A stretch of 64,000 nucleotides of DNA from NCBI RefSeq assembly GCF_009834535.1, contig NC_045697.1, positions 39,124,001 through 39,188,000 of the forward strand, written 5' to 3'. Source of the DNA: Camelus ferus (taxonomy: Eukaryota). Positions 12,199-24,180 of the stretch are shown here, piece after piece. The position numbers and the translations under genes are program-made. The notes under the pieces were generated by a model. The model ran no database searches and was not told where the DNA came from. It saw nothing but the letters and a program-made list of their open reading frames with translations. Each line of letters begins with the position of its first letter. Positions within the stretch are counted from its first letter, which is position 1.

Positions 12199-12699
12199 AA
12201 AGGTAGATTTATTTAGAGATACATCAAGAGGCAAGAGAAAGGCCATGAGTTGTGGGGTTTGGGTGCTCAGATTAGAGTAAAAGTAGGTACACACTCCATA
12301 GACAGGGTGGGGGCCATCTTTGAAGAGGGAGAGAGATGCGGTGGTGGCCGCGAGGTTCCCTGTTGCCAGTTTTTATGGGCTCCCTTGCTTTATATGTTAA
12401 TAAGTGGAAGGATCAGTCTAACTTATCTGGGGAAAGGGCTGGGATTCTCAGGAAATTGGCCATTTCCCACTCTTTGACCTTCTGTGGCTAGCCTTGGGAC
12501 TGTCATGGCGCCTGTGGGCGTGTTATTCACCATGCCAATATATTACAATGGGCATATAATGACACTCATGGTCTACAAGAAGTCAAAACTCCTACCATTT
12601 TGAGCCTCAAGTCCTACTGGGGATTGAATCTTTCACCATTCTGGTATCAATTGCTGTGTTATTCCTTGAATGGCTGTGCCCTGCCCCCTTCCTGTCTTA
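12198..12699 (-). mobile_element. ERV1 3' LTR lacking U5 (U3-R only)
   Basis: Same family as 10833-11460, but homology stops ~10 nt after AATAAA. Preceded on the minus strand by PPT ctgagaagggaa (12700-12711). Confidence 0.85.
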
Positions 12700-14900
12700 T
12701 TCCCTTCTCAGAGATTTTACTCCCATAGTCTTATGGAGTTGTAGTGGGGGATGGTCTGTCTTCTGAAACTACTTTCAGGCTGAGTAGGGGCATTGGCCCT
12801 GCCTATCAAGGAGTAAAAAAATCTCTGAATGCCTAATCTAGGGGCCCAGGGGCAGGACAGCCTTTTGTTTTTGGGTCCAGAGAGCTGAGCGTATGCTGGA
12901 ATCTTTGCATAGCCATCACTTGACCTGGGGACTGTTGTAATCCACTGTTTCCATAGACTTCTGATGAATTTTTTTGAAGATGAAGCACCTTTGTAACAAC
13001 TTGACAGTCTGTAACAACAAAAAGACTTAACAGGCTTGGTTGAACATCTGTAATTGATAGAGATTTGTTTGTAATTACTAGAATTAGGGCTGATTATATT
13101 TAACAAATTAAATAATCCTAGAAAAATTACCTTAATATCCGAGATATCTCAGATTTTCTTTAAAGCATCTTAAAGTTAGCTGGGGCTACAAAGAACTTTT
13201 TGAATTTGTTAGCTATTTAAAATCCTGACTATGCATGGAACCTTTTACTTTTTTTCATAGTTTTTTTTTTATGAAACTCTTACTGCAAACATACATCTTT
13301 CTTTCCTACTGTATACTGAAATACTTATTTTAGGAGCTTTAATTACATATATTATCATTGTAACCCTCAAAAACCTTAAGTCTCTGGCAGAAACCATTTC
13401 CTGACTGGAAACTTATGTTTTAGTTTTTTTTTTTTTTTCCCCTTTCCTAAACCAAAGGTAGATAAACTTAGATTTGCCCAGCAATTAATGTTTTAAAATT
13501 TTATAAATGACACAGATAGTCAGTGAACGTTTTAACTTAGTTTTAAGTTTTAAGTACCAAAATTTGGAGAGACACTTTTAGGTAGATACTTTCAAAAGAA
13601 AACTCCTATAGAGTTTACCCCAAATCTGTTATTTTGTTTACTTTTTAAAAGTTTTTTTACATTGAGTTACCTCTTTTGTTGACAACTTTGTAACAGATAC
13701 AATAAAGTTTTGCTTGCCCTCTAGTAAGCCTGGGCCCAACCGCACTATCATACTTAACACTGAGGTCTCTAAAGACGTGTATATTAATTAAACCAACAAG
13801 CTTAAGCTATCGGTATCAATACCGATACCAGTACTGAATCCTTTTTAGATAACGTGAACCTGAAATTTATTTTGGCCAATTTTCTCTATGTTTGAGTATT
13901 TATAGAAGTACTTAATTTCCTTTCAGCCAGTTAAAGAGCTGTTTTACCATTTAATTGTGCCAATACCATACATCTGTGACATACAAACCAGACACCTTAT
14001 AGTTTTCATTTTAAAATTTTAGTCATGAGTCAGATACAACAAATTAAAACCCATTGGCTACAGAAGAGGTTGGATTCAAACTGGGGTTTTTGGCAGATAG
14101 AACAAATCAAAGTTGCCCATCTAGATGACTAAGCCTTTTTACTAATATTTATGAAAAAGAGATAAAATTTTTACTTGTCCTTAGCAATTAAGTTCCAAAT
14201 TATTTACCTCTCCCCCTCCCTTTTTTTTTGAAATTTGCATTTTAAAATGATGGTGAGATCAGAGTTCCTGGAGAAGGCAAGGTAGAATATTTGTATCTCA
14301 AAGGCATAGGAAGGCAAGTTTCTCCTAGAAAGACTGTTTTTTAAAGGCCAGGAAAAAAAGCCTCTCTCTCTCTCTCTTTTTTTTTTTTTTTTTTAATATT
14401 TAAGATAAATACATAGGGGAGGTGTTGGGAGTGGTGGAAGGGTTGGTGGGCTTTGTATCCTTTTTGGAGCCACACCTCTGGTCCTGTAAAGACTAGATTT
14501 GTAAAACAAAGAGTTTTGTTTTTTCTCATTTAGCTTAGGGGAGAGTTTTCCATAAAATTTTATTAGGCTCCGAATTTTGGCTATGGTCAATTTAGTCCAA
14601 CCGATGGCCTCCCATTTGGCCATCTATTTATGAACACTTTTGAGGAGCCTTCCTGGGCTTGAGAAGTTTTTTAATTTAGGCTCTTGGTTTGGCCTTTGAT
14701 CTGAAGAGGCTTGCCTGTAGCCTCACGTGGTCCCATTTCTGATGATAATCTGACAATAGTAGCTCTGTCAGGGACCTCAGTTTCCCAGACAGCAGGGTTT
14801 ACTTGAGAATCAGTATGGGGTGGAAGGGAGACCTGTTCTGGCTTGGAACTGAGGCAGGCTCCCAAAGCCAAGAATAGATTTTTTTTTTTTTTGGTGCGTT
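12700..14900 (-). mobile_element. ERV1 internal 3' region (pre-PPT segment and AT-rich non-coding internal sequence)
   Basis: Minus strand gcccctactcagcctgaaagtagtttcagaagacagacc...PPT. The AT-rich part is homologous to the first provirus internal region. Confidence 0.75.
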
Positions 14901-15640
14901 TCTTTCATGTAAGGGTCTTTGAATGGGATTATTTCTTGGGATTTACTGAGCAAGTAGGTCCTTTCCAAACGAGGGGATGGGGCACAGCCACCAGCAAAAA
15001 CTCCCGTGTAAAAGTAAATTTTTAGTAAGCATCTTGTTTGGGGCCTTCTATTGATCCCCATTATTACACAGGATTGGGAGGACAAGGGTCCAGGGAAATC
15101 AGTCAGCACACGTAGGTGGCTCCCTTATCTAATAAGAAGACGACTTTTTTACCTGCCACGTCAAGGGTTCCCCAAGGCTCCACCGGAGAAATGACCCGGT
15201 GTCCTCTGGGAAGCCAGGGAGGGTCCCGGGCCCCCTCAGTCTTTAGTATCTCAGTCATTGGTTTGGGAGCCCCAAGCCCCCTTCGGGACTGGGGGCAGTC
15301 CTGCTTCCAGTGGCCTTTTTGCATATGGGGCAGGGTCCTGGTGGACTTTTCCCATACATGGGGCATTTGTTTTTCCAGTGGCCCTTCTGACTACTTAAAG
15401 CAGGTCCCTTTTAGGCGAGACAGTGGCTCTGATGCAGGCATCCTGGATCCTGTCCTCGCCATGGGTTTTGGTGGAGGGTAACTCTGAGGTGGTGCAGAGA
15501 TGAAGGCTGCCACTGAGAATTGCGCCTTTCGCTGTTGTCCCTGAATCCTTTTTGCCTCTTTAGCCATGTCTCTATTAAATACGTTAAACACCAGATCCAT
15601 GAGCTGATTCATGGGGATCTTGGATCCCCAGCTGCCCAGA
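14900..15640 (-). pseudogene. gag-pro: Degenerate gammaretrovirus-like gag C-terminus and protease
   Basis: PMNQLMDLVFNVFNRD (capsid end). Two frameshifted CCHC knuckles, CFK(C)SQKGHWKNKC and CPICK..GHWKQDC. Protease motif LDVAGKKVVFLLDKGATY..LTDFPGPLSSQSC. Confidence 0.9.
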
Positions 15641-15644
15641 AGGG

Positions 15645-16262
15645 GCCGTAGGGGTAGATGATTGGGAAGACCTCTCCAGTGGGGTCCTTCCCAACAGGAA
15701 GCAATGGAAGGATAAAAAAAAAAAAATCTCCTAGTAAGATCCCTGGCCTTGGGGCTTCCAGATCCCACAAAGCCTGTCCAGTTCTATGTTCATGAGAGAG
15801 GAGGAATAGCCTTGGGGGTCCTCACCCAATGGCTGGGTCCTACCCAACAGCCTATGGGATACCTCTCCATGCAGCTAGATCCCACTGCTTGAGGCTGGCC
15901 TTCCTGCCTAAGAGTGTTGGGAGCCCTCTCCACTCTCCTGGAGGAAGCTTTTAAGCTAACTCTGGGGGCCCCTATACAAGCATACACTAACCATCAAGTT
16001 TCTGACCTTTAAATGGCAATGGACATTTCTGGCTCTCAGATGCTCGGCTTCTTCAATATCAGGCATTATTACTGGAAAACCCAGATGTCGCTGTCTCTGT
16101 TTGTGGCACACTCAATCCAGCTACACACTATTACCATCACCAGAGGAGTCTCTTCCCTTTCACCTATGTCATGAGACCCATCCATTTCTCTAGGAGCTAG
16201 AACAGGTCTCAGCGACCAAGGCCTGGAAAACCCTGATGAGATCTGGTTCACCGATGGGAGCC
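15645..16262 (+). pseudogene. pol: Degenerate gammaretrovirus-like pol fragment (RT connection/tether to start of RNase H)
   Basis: Own translation: [66 protein letters not shown]...GLENPDEIWFTDGS. Parallels MLV ALGLPDLTKPF..GVLTQKLGPW..GWPPCLR..WYTDGS. Confidence 0.92.
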
Positions 16263-17027
16263 ACTTATTCTTGTTAACCTCTTAGTGATCTGCGACTGCT
16301 TTCCAAGCAACACTCCAGTGAGACTGTTCCATCGCCCTAGGGGACTATGGATCCCTGTTAGATAAACCTCTTTCTTAAATGTCTCCTGGTTCAAATCTTT
16401 TCTCTTTTAGGGCCCCCACCAGACTGTTTTTAAACACTAATTGAAAATGTCTCTGACATTAGGGTCCCCCTTTTGACTCCTCCTTTAGTTCACTGCGACA
16501 TCTGCTTTCTAAAACCTAAACCAACAGAAAGCACAGAAATCAATGTTTTTTAAGACCCTTGTTTGTCCCTCTTGTCCTTTGGCTAGGATTAGCTCTATAT
16601 ATTTGACCTCTATCTTTTCAAACTTCTTATGAAAAGTGTTTCTTCTTGTCTAGAGATAAACTTCAGATAATGATATAACAAAAGGTAATCAAGCAATCAG
16701 CCAAGACCACTTAGATACAAGCCCCTCGATGAACACTGACCCTTCACTCACATCCTGCCCAAGGACAGCCAGCTAGTCTGGGACCCCAGCGAGCTCCATC
16801 ATCACCCCAGATGAGCAGGAAGTAGCTAGAGCAGTCCTCGCCCTCCACGTCCCCAAGATTTGGGGTCTTACGACTAGAGGAGGGACTCATTGGTAGCTTA
16901 GATTGAAATGAGCATTGGGCAAAGGGAGAGGAAGGGGAAAGGAAAAGGAAAAATCCAGAATGCAAGAAACCTGAGCTCAATCGACTAGAGTGCAGGGAAT
17001 CTGAGTTGTTAATCAGGCAATCAGACA
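16263..17027 (+). mobile_element. ERV1 env TM C-terminal remnant, pre-PPT motif, PPT and possible start of an LTR
   Basis: 16560-16685 resembles a degenerate F(GP)C.FNLLVKFVSSRLE.IKLQM. gcaggaagtagctagagcagtcctcgccc (~16814-16843) is a typical ERV1 3' motif. agaggaggga PPT-like stretch at ~16876-16885. Confidence 0.7.
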
Positions 17028-17176
17028 CCAGGCCTGGGGGTGGAGGGTCACCCTGTGTCATGTGTCTATGAGCAGATGGGTTTCCCCTCCACCCCTGGGC
17101 CCAGGGGGCAGAGGTACACTCTCTGTCATGTGTCTATGAGACAGGGTGAGCCTCCACCCCCAGGCCTGGGCGGTGC
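17028..17176. repeat. Right part of the palindromic minisatellite
   Basis: ccaggcctgggggtggagggtcaccctgtgtcatgtgtctatgag... about two units, closely matching 11538-11603. Confidence 0.88.
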
Positions 17177-18059
17177 ATACACTCAATTTGATCTCCTTTA
17201 GAAAACACTCAGGCTCCTAAAAGAATTATTGTTTACATTAACAAATAATTGTTCCCTAGTTTACTGAAAGTAACTTGACATTAGGATATGATTATTAACT
17301 TTAAAGGATTGAAGTTTTTTTCAACGTTCTTTATAGTTTTGTATTTTTAATTAAAAAATCCTGTTGCTGCTGGTATCTTTACATTCACTGTTTTCATCAT
17401 ATTTGAGACTTTGGCATACAAGGGCTCATTTGATTATCATTGTCTCTTCCCCTTTTCTCTATTTGAAAATGTATAAATACTTTTATTTTATCTAGCTTGT
17501 ACATGAAATTCCACACATAAGTAATTAGTCCCCTCCTGCAGGTATTTTTTTAAAGTTTTAATCATAATTAAAAGATTATTGGCTTCATTTCCATAAGCCA
17601 TTCACTCTAAGTAGTTATTTATAAAACTGAATTCTTAAGGCATATGCCATTAACCCTACTGATAAGGAACAACACAGCAAAAATTATATACAAGTAGATC
17701 GACAGCATTGTAGAGCAAGGCTTTTATCTGTTTGTTCTTTTGTAATTAAATTTTTCCCAGCTGTTTTATTCCAGTTTTGTTCTTGGCTATTAGATTTCTG
17801 GGTTTCCTTTTTGGCCACTAGAGGTCCACCCCACCTATCTTGAGAACATGCCCGCCTTTGTTAGAGTTCTGCTGTTTGGGGCTTGCCTGAATGTGTCCAG
17901 CATGTAATGCATCTTTTCATGCGTTGATTCATTAATTCACTCAGCATCTGTTCATCACTGCTCTGATGCTGCTTTCATAGGAGGAGAGAGTTGTGAATTC
18001 CTCCCTGTATTTGCCTCTTTCCTATCCAGCCTGTATATAGAGGACTCCGCATCCTACCT

Positions 18060-18630
18060 CCACGAGTCCTTACTCTATCAGACATCTCCTGTCCTCTCTC
18101 TTCCTTCTCCCTTTGCCTCTCTTCTCTGTTCTCCACTCATCATCACGTTAACTTGCTAATAAGGCTCCCATCCTAAAACCCTTCTTCACCCTGGTTTCCT
18201 CTGGCCACTCTTCAAAGTCTCACCACCCATTCACTGATGGTTCTTACAGGGTCCTTAGTGTTTCCTCTGTCACCTCCCACTGCTTCTCCGCTTGGACTCC
18301 ATTAAAACTGCCCTAATGAAACACTGACATCCTTGATGCTTCCTCTCTTTCTCCTCATACAGAGTGATTACTGAGTCCTGAGGCCCCACCTCTTTAATAG
18401 TTCCAGAATCTGGTTGCTTTCCTCCTGGTCTCTCCTTCATTCAGGCCCTAGTTGCTTCTTATCTGATTACACCTACAACCTCCAAGTGGCCACATGGCAT
18501 TAGTCTTGTTCCTCTCCAACATTCTCCACCCTCCCACCAGTGATCTTACTAAAGCATATCTAATCATGTCACCAGCTTGCTAAACTCCTTCCATCATTCC
18601 CTGAACCTTCAGATGAAGCCCAAATCCCTA
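18060..18630 (+). mobile_element. L2 fragments
   Basis: attctccac...agtgatctt.ctaaa.cat.atctaatcatgtcac...cttgctaaa, typical of the L2 3' region. Confidence 0.65.
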
Positions 18631-19470
18631 TTAATCTCTGGGTTTGCAGAAAGCAAAAGTGACAATTCCAAATACGTGAGATCTATTACTTCTAACCTTA
18701 AAAAAAAAAAAAAATCAAGAGAAGAACAGTACAGATATCATTAGAGGACAGTGCTTCTTCCCCATGCCTGATGTTTTCTTCCGTATGAAGAGATACTTTT
18801 TAGGGTAAAACTTCCTACCCGCTCCATCCTCTCACCACACATTTCTCTACTATATCCCATCAACTGCTCTACCTCCCACTCACCTCCAAGAAGAAAAATA
18901 TGTTATTTGTGAATTTGGAAGGAGAAACTGCATGACTAGCCCAGCTCCTTCCTCTTTCCTTATTCTGGGGAGTGAGAATTCTCTGCTTCCCTGGGAACTC
19001 ATTCCACTCCTGTTCGGAGAGGTTTGCTGTGGTCCAGTGTTGCTTTGTAGATACACGCGCCTAATTTGGGGATTCAGTCTGAGGTAACTGACTTGCTTAC
19101 AGACATAAGCATGTCCTTTCACTGGTCCTTTCAATAACAAGTTGATATTCTGTCCTCTTTCTGCTGAAACTTAGCTTTATTTATCAATTGGTTTAGACCT
19201 AGACCAGGCCGGGGGAACTGTTTATTTGTGCCCCCTCAAAGATACCACATTTCAGCAGAAGGTAGTGGCCCATGTTATGGTGACCAAAGCACTCTTTTCT
19301 GCCACTGTCATGAAATAGCAATGGATTCAGTCATTCATTAAGAAATATCTGCTGAACATCTATAACGTGCTAGGCCCTGAGGGTACATCAATGAACAAAA
19401 CAGTCAAATCCCTTTCTTTATGAAATTCATATTTTAATGAAAGAGAAAAAGGAAGATATAAAAATAATAT

Positions 19471-21368
19471 GTATGGAGGTTTCTTAAAAACTAAAAATAG
19501 ATTTACCATGTGATCCAGAAATCCCACTCCTGGGCATACATCCAGAGAAAACTCTAATCCAAAAAGACACATGCACCCCAATGTTCACAGCAGCACTATT
19601 TACAATAGCCAAGATATGGAAGCAACCTAAATGTCCATTGACAGATGACTAGATAAAGAAAATGTGACATATATATAAACTGGAATACTACTCAGCCATA
19701 AAAAGAAATGGAATAGTATCATTTGCAGCAACGTGGATGGACCTAGAGATTATCATACTAAGTGAAGTAAGTCAAAGAAAGATAAATACATGATATCACT
19801 TAAATGTGGACTCTTAAAAAATGACACAGGCGGATCCCAGCAGCTCGGGTGGTGGGAGGAGCGGCAGCGGCCACTAAGCCCAGCTTCGCGAAGGCTCTCG
19901 GCGCGCCGCGGCCCGCAGGCACCCGGCACATGCCTGCCCCGCTGCCATGATGCCCAAGAGGAAGGTCAGTTCCGCCGAGGGGGCGGCGAAAGAGGAGCCC
20001 AAGAGGAGATCAGCAAGGTTGTCCGCTAAACCTGCTTCTGCGAAAGTGGAAACAAAGCCCAAAAAGGCGGCAGGAAAGGATAAATCTTCAAAGAAGTGCA
20101 AACAAAAGGGAAAAGGGGAGCAAAGGGAAAACAGGCCGAAGTGGCTAACCAAGAGACAAAAGATTTACCTGCAGAAAACGGAGAAACTAAAAATGAGATG
20201 AAGCAGGAGAGAAAGAAGCGAAGTCTGATTAATAGCATACACCTGGTTTTATCAGTCGTCCCTGTCTCCCTTCTTGTACAATCCAGAGGAATATTTTTAT
20301 CAACTATTTTGTAAATGCAAGTTTTTTAGTAGCTCTAGAAACATTTTCCAGAAGGAGGGAATCCCACCTCATCCCATTTTTTAAGTGTAAATGCTTTTTT
20401 TTAAGAGGTGAAATAATTTGCTGGTTGTTTATTTTTTGATACAACCAGAAAATAGTGGGATATTGAATATGGGAGGCTTTGATTGTTTTCAGTGTCAGCT
20501 TAACATTCCACAGATAGGGGGTTAGTTTTTATATCCTATAATACAGAGCATAATTAAATTGCAGTATGGAGTCAGTTGTGCATTTAATGTCTTGAACACT
20601 TGAAATTACTTCTCTTCCCATATTGTTTTTGGTAGAATTGTTTCCTAAAGCAAACCACTCCTTGATCTTGGCTCTCCTCTATCGGAATTTTGTGTACTCT
20701 GTAACATCTTTGGTCGTGGTAGTCCAGTTTTCCTAGTAACTTTGTTAATGTGCTGTGAACGATTGAAAATTTTAGTATGTAGTGTATATGATATTAAATT
20801 GTGAATTGGTGGGACTTACGATGTAACAGCATATCAACATTGGATGATACTGGTACTTGATACCCTGTTAAGGAAAATTTGCTTTCAAATTTTCAGCTGG
20901 AAAGTCACTGGAATAACTGTTTGGAAAAGAGTCACAACTACATGATTTTTGGTGTGTGTGTTAAGAATTGTGTACAAATTGAAATGTTTGTACTGATCCT
21001 CAAAACAACCAATAAAATCTCAGTTGTGAAAGAAAAAATAATAAAAAAATTAAAAAATGACACAAACGAACTTACTTACAAAATAGAAAGAAACTCATGG
21101 ATACAGGAGACAAACTTATGGTTACTAGGGGGCACAGGGGAGAGGGAGGGATAATTTGGGAGTTTGGGATTGGCTGATACAAACTATGTAAAGAATAAAC
21201 AACAAGGTCCTACTGCATAGCACGGAGAACTATGCTCAATGTCTTGTAGTAACCTGTAATGAAATAGAATATATATATAAAAGAATCACTATACTATACA
21301 CCAGAAACTAATACAACACTGCAAATCAAAAACATATCGAGAAAAAATAAAATTAATAAAAAAAAAGT
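19471..21368 (+). mobile_element. 5'-truncated L1 (ORF2 C-terminus + 3'UTR), split by HMGN1 retrocopy (19471-19828 and 21050-21368)
   Basis: atcccactcctgggcata...acatgcaccccaatgttcacagcagcac...tggaatactactcagccataaaa. The 3'UTR continues after 21064 to an A-tail. Confidence 0.92.
19829..21049 (+). pseudogene. HMGN1: HMGN1 processed pseudogene (5'UTR, disrupted CDS 19950-20232, 3'UTR, poly(A))
   Basis: MPKRKVSSAEGAAKEEPKRRSARLSAKPASAKVETKPKKAAGKDKSS, frameshift, VQTKGKRGAKGKQAEVANQETKDLPAENGETKNE, deletion, DEAGEKEAKSD*. Intronless. AATAAA 21011-21016 and A-tail. TSD ttaaaaaatgacaca at 19814-19828 and 21050-21064. Confidence 0.97.
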
Positions 21369-23581
21369 AAATGGGGAAAAAAACATGTTAAAGGGCTGAA
21401 GAGTGGAGTAAGATGGGGGTAAAGGGTAGCCTCATTGAAAACATAACATGTGAAACACTTGCACAAAGAATTGAAAACAATGAGAGGGTAGACAATGGAG
21501 ATATTTGGTGAAGAGGAGACAGCTCTGAGGCAGGAAGACTGAAGAGGCCAGTGAGGCTTGAGAAGAGGGATTAGAGGAAAGGGGAGGGGGGCAGTTTATG
21601 GGATAAGAGGTCACAGAGCTGATGGGGAGAGGGAAGCAGGTTCTGTAGAACAGTGAAGGCTGTGATAATGCTTTATGCTTTCACTCAGTGGTGTGGGCTA
21701 TCACTGAAGGATTTAAGCTGAGGAACAACGTTATCTGACTCATGTTTTCAAGGGATTGCTCTTGCTTCTGTGTTGAGACTGAACCTAGAGGGAGCAGTAT
21801 AGTAACAGGGAAATCAGTTAGATTATGGCAACAATCCAAGTGAGAGGGGATGGTGTCCTGGAAGAGTGGGGGCAGAATGGTAACAAGTTTTCAGATATAT
21901 TTTACAGATTGAGCCAAGAGGAATTGGCAGTTGGATATGACAGTCTGTGCTATTAACTACTTTCCAAGGTAAATGCCCTCTTAAGAAGCCATGAATAAAC
22001 CTCATAAAGTCCATCAGGGATCCCTGCCTCTGTAGGAATCATATCTCAATCATTTAAGCAGAGCTTTTGCAATTCAAGTTACTGCCAATGTAATTGGGAA
22101 GTGAAGTCTGGTCCAGAAGGACTCACTTTGACATACCACTTGGTAGAGAATTTAAATTCTTGCTCTCCTGATATCAATAAACACTTTTAGAATATGCTGT
22201 GTATATAAACATATAAAACATATGGCTTTAATAAAAAAAGTATTGATAAATCAATATCCAATCTCATATCCGTAGTAGCTGCTAAAAGAGTATCTCCTAT
22301 GTACCACATTTAGAGTCTACTAAAAGGAGACAGTGCATCTGATATTTTGTGAAATTCTGTTCAATTTAAATCATTATACATTTTTCAAGAGTACTGGGAA
22401 AATGCATCATCCATCTTCTTTTTAAGCTTTTACTTAAAAGACCAAAAGAAGATCCAGCCACTAAACAGGAACATGTTAAAAGACTGTTTTTCTAATTTTT
22501 CAATTTATAGGCCATTTAAATCAAGTATGACTTGATGAACTCAACTCAGGAATGACAATTCCAAGATTATGAGATAAAATTCCATAGACATTTCTTGAAA
22601 GACTACAACTTGTTTGTACTCTTCTATCTAATGTAAAGTTGTAAAACTATCAATTTCTAAGGTAAGTAATAAAATATTTGACTAGTCATCTATATTTCCA
22701 TTAATTATTATTCAAAGGTAACCAAGGTGAATCAAAAAGTACCCTTGTCGTCACAGTATTACCAGGAACACTTGTTGGGAACAAAAGGAAAATGCTAATG
22801 TTTACTTGCTATTTGAATAAAGTTATAAATATTAGAATATGAAGGAAAATGACCTATAATCACAGATGTGTATGGTGTAATCTCTCCTCCCATTGACAGT
22901 TGCCATCCATGCCAACTCCACATGCCATTTCCTTTTATCTGTTACTCTGCTGTGTTTGAAGAAACATCCAAGCATCATATCATGAATGACCTTACCCTCC
23001 TACCTCCAGAGGCAAAGGTAACAAAGTGGATGTCAGTATCTCCCTAGATGAACAGGAAGAATGTCAAGGACCTGTTTTTACAACTAAGTAATCTGGGAGT
23101 TTTTTTCATTGAGAGATTCTATTGTTTTTTCCACTTCCATCGGTAACAAAACAGGGAAATGAGGTTTTAAAAAATCAATGTTCAATGTAAACAAATCATC
23201 AGGGCTCCACTTGGCTCCTTAGTGTTCTATGTTTACTTTACAGATGTAACCTTTCCAGGCATTGGCCAATTCCGGTGTGATAAATAAAATTATCTTTAAA
23301 ATTGGAGTATGACGTCACCACATAGTATGATGGAAACAAAGATATAGCCAGTGCCCATTTATTCAGAATGACAGGAAACTGTATAACTGGATAGTCTCAT
23401 TAGGTAAGAATTATTGTACATAAACCACCAATTTTCCAAGAAATAGAGTAAAAACAGAATATATTTAAACTATAGTAAGTACAAATTAACCCGTTTGGTT
23501 CACAGCAGTAACTATGCCATGCTAGTAATTCTGAATAACAATTTAGGCTGTTAGATACTATGCTGAATCAATGCTAGCTTT

Positions 23582-24180
23582 TTTTTTTTTTAAATTGAAG
23601 TATAGTCAGTTATAATGTGTCAATTTCTGATGTACAATATAATGTTTTAGTCATATATATACATACATATATTCATTTCCGTATTTCTTCACTATAGGTT
23701 ACTGTAAGATATTAAATATAGTTCTCTGTGCTACACAGAGGAAATTTATTTATCTATTTTATGTATAGTAGTTAATATTTGCAAATCTCAAACTCCCAAT
23801 TTGTCCCCTCCCACCTGCTTTCCCTGCTAACCATAAGTTTGTTTACTATGTCTATGAATCTGTTTCTGTTTTGCAGATAAGTTCATTAGTGTCTTCCTTT
23901 TTTTTTTTAAGTTCCATATGTAAATGATATCGTATGGTATTTTTCTTTCTCTTTCTGGCTTACTTCACTTGGAATGATCATCTCCAGGTCCATCTATGTT
24001 GCTGCAAATGGCATTATTTTACTCTTTTTATGGGTGAGTAGTATTCCATTGTATAAACTAATTTGAAAAGATACATGCACCCCAATGTTCATTGCAGCAC
24101 TATATACAATAGCCAAGACATGAAAACAACCTAAATGTCCATTGACAGAGGAGTGGATAAATCTGTGGTATATTTATACA
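23582..24180 (-). mobile_element. 5'-truncated, 5'-inverted L1 (minus 23582-24057; inverted piece 24058-24182 on plus)
   Basis: Poly(T) plus L1 3'UTR/ORF2 end in reverse, then forward gatacatgcaccccaatgttc. TSD caatgctagcttt (23569-23581) / caatactagcttt (24179-24191). Confidence 0.92.

Larger units (their letters stand above)
19322..21945 (-). mobile_element. L2 (pieces ~19322-19470 and ~21370-21945) split by L1 insertion
   Basis: cattcatt...tgctaggccctgagggtacatcaatgaacaaaaca tail on the left. gaggccagtgaggcttga...tcactgaaggatttaagc...caatccaagtgagag on the right. Confidence 0.7.

Noticed and set aside
10833..12699. Two LTRs as the 5'/3' pair of one provirus
   Set aside because: Both lie on the same (3') side of the internal sequence. 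The first is embedded in another LTR without PBS or PPT, and the sequence between them is not retroviral.
11538..17176. CRISPR-like array (palindromic repeats near viral sequence)
   Set aside because: Eukaryotic DNA, spacers between units are constant rather than unique, and no cas-like ORFs are present.
19947..20314. Functional HMGN1 gene
   Set aside because: Intronless, frameshifted, internally deleted, with poly(A) and TSD.
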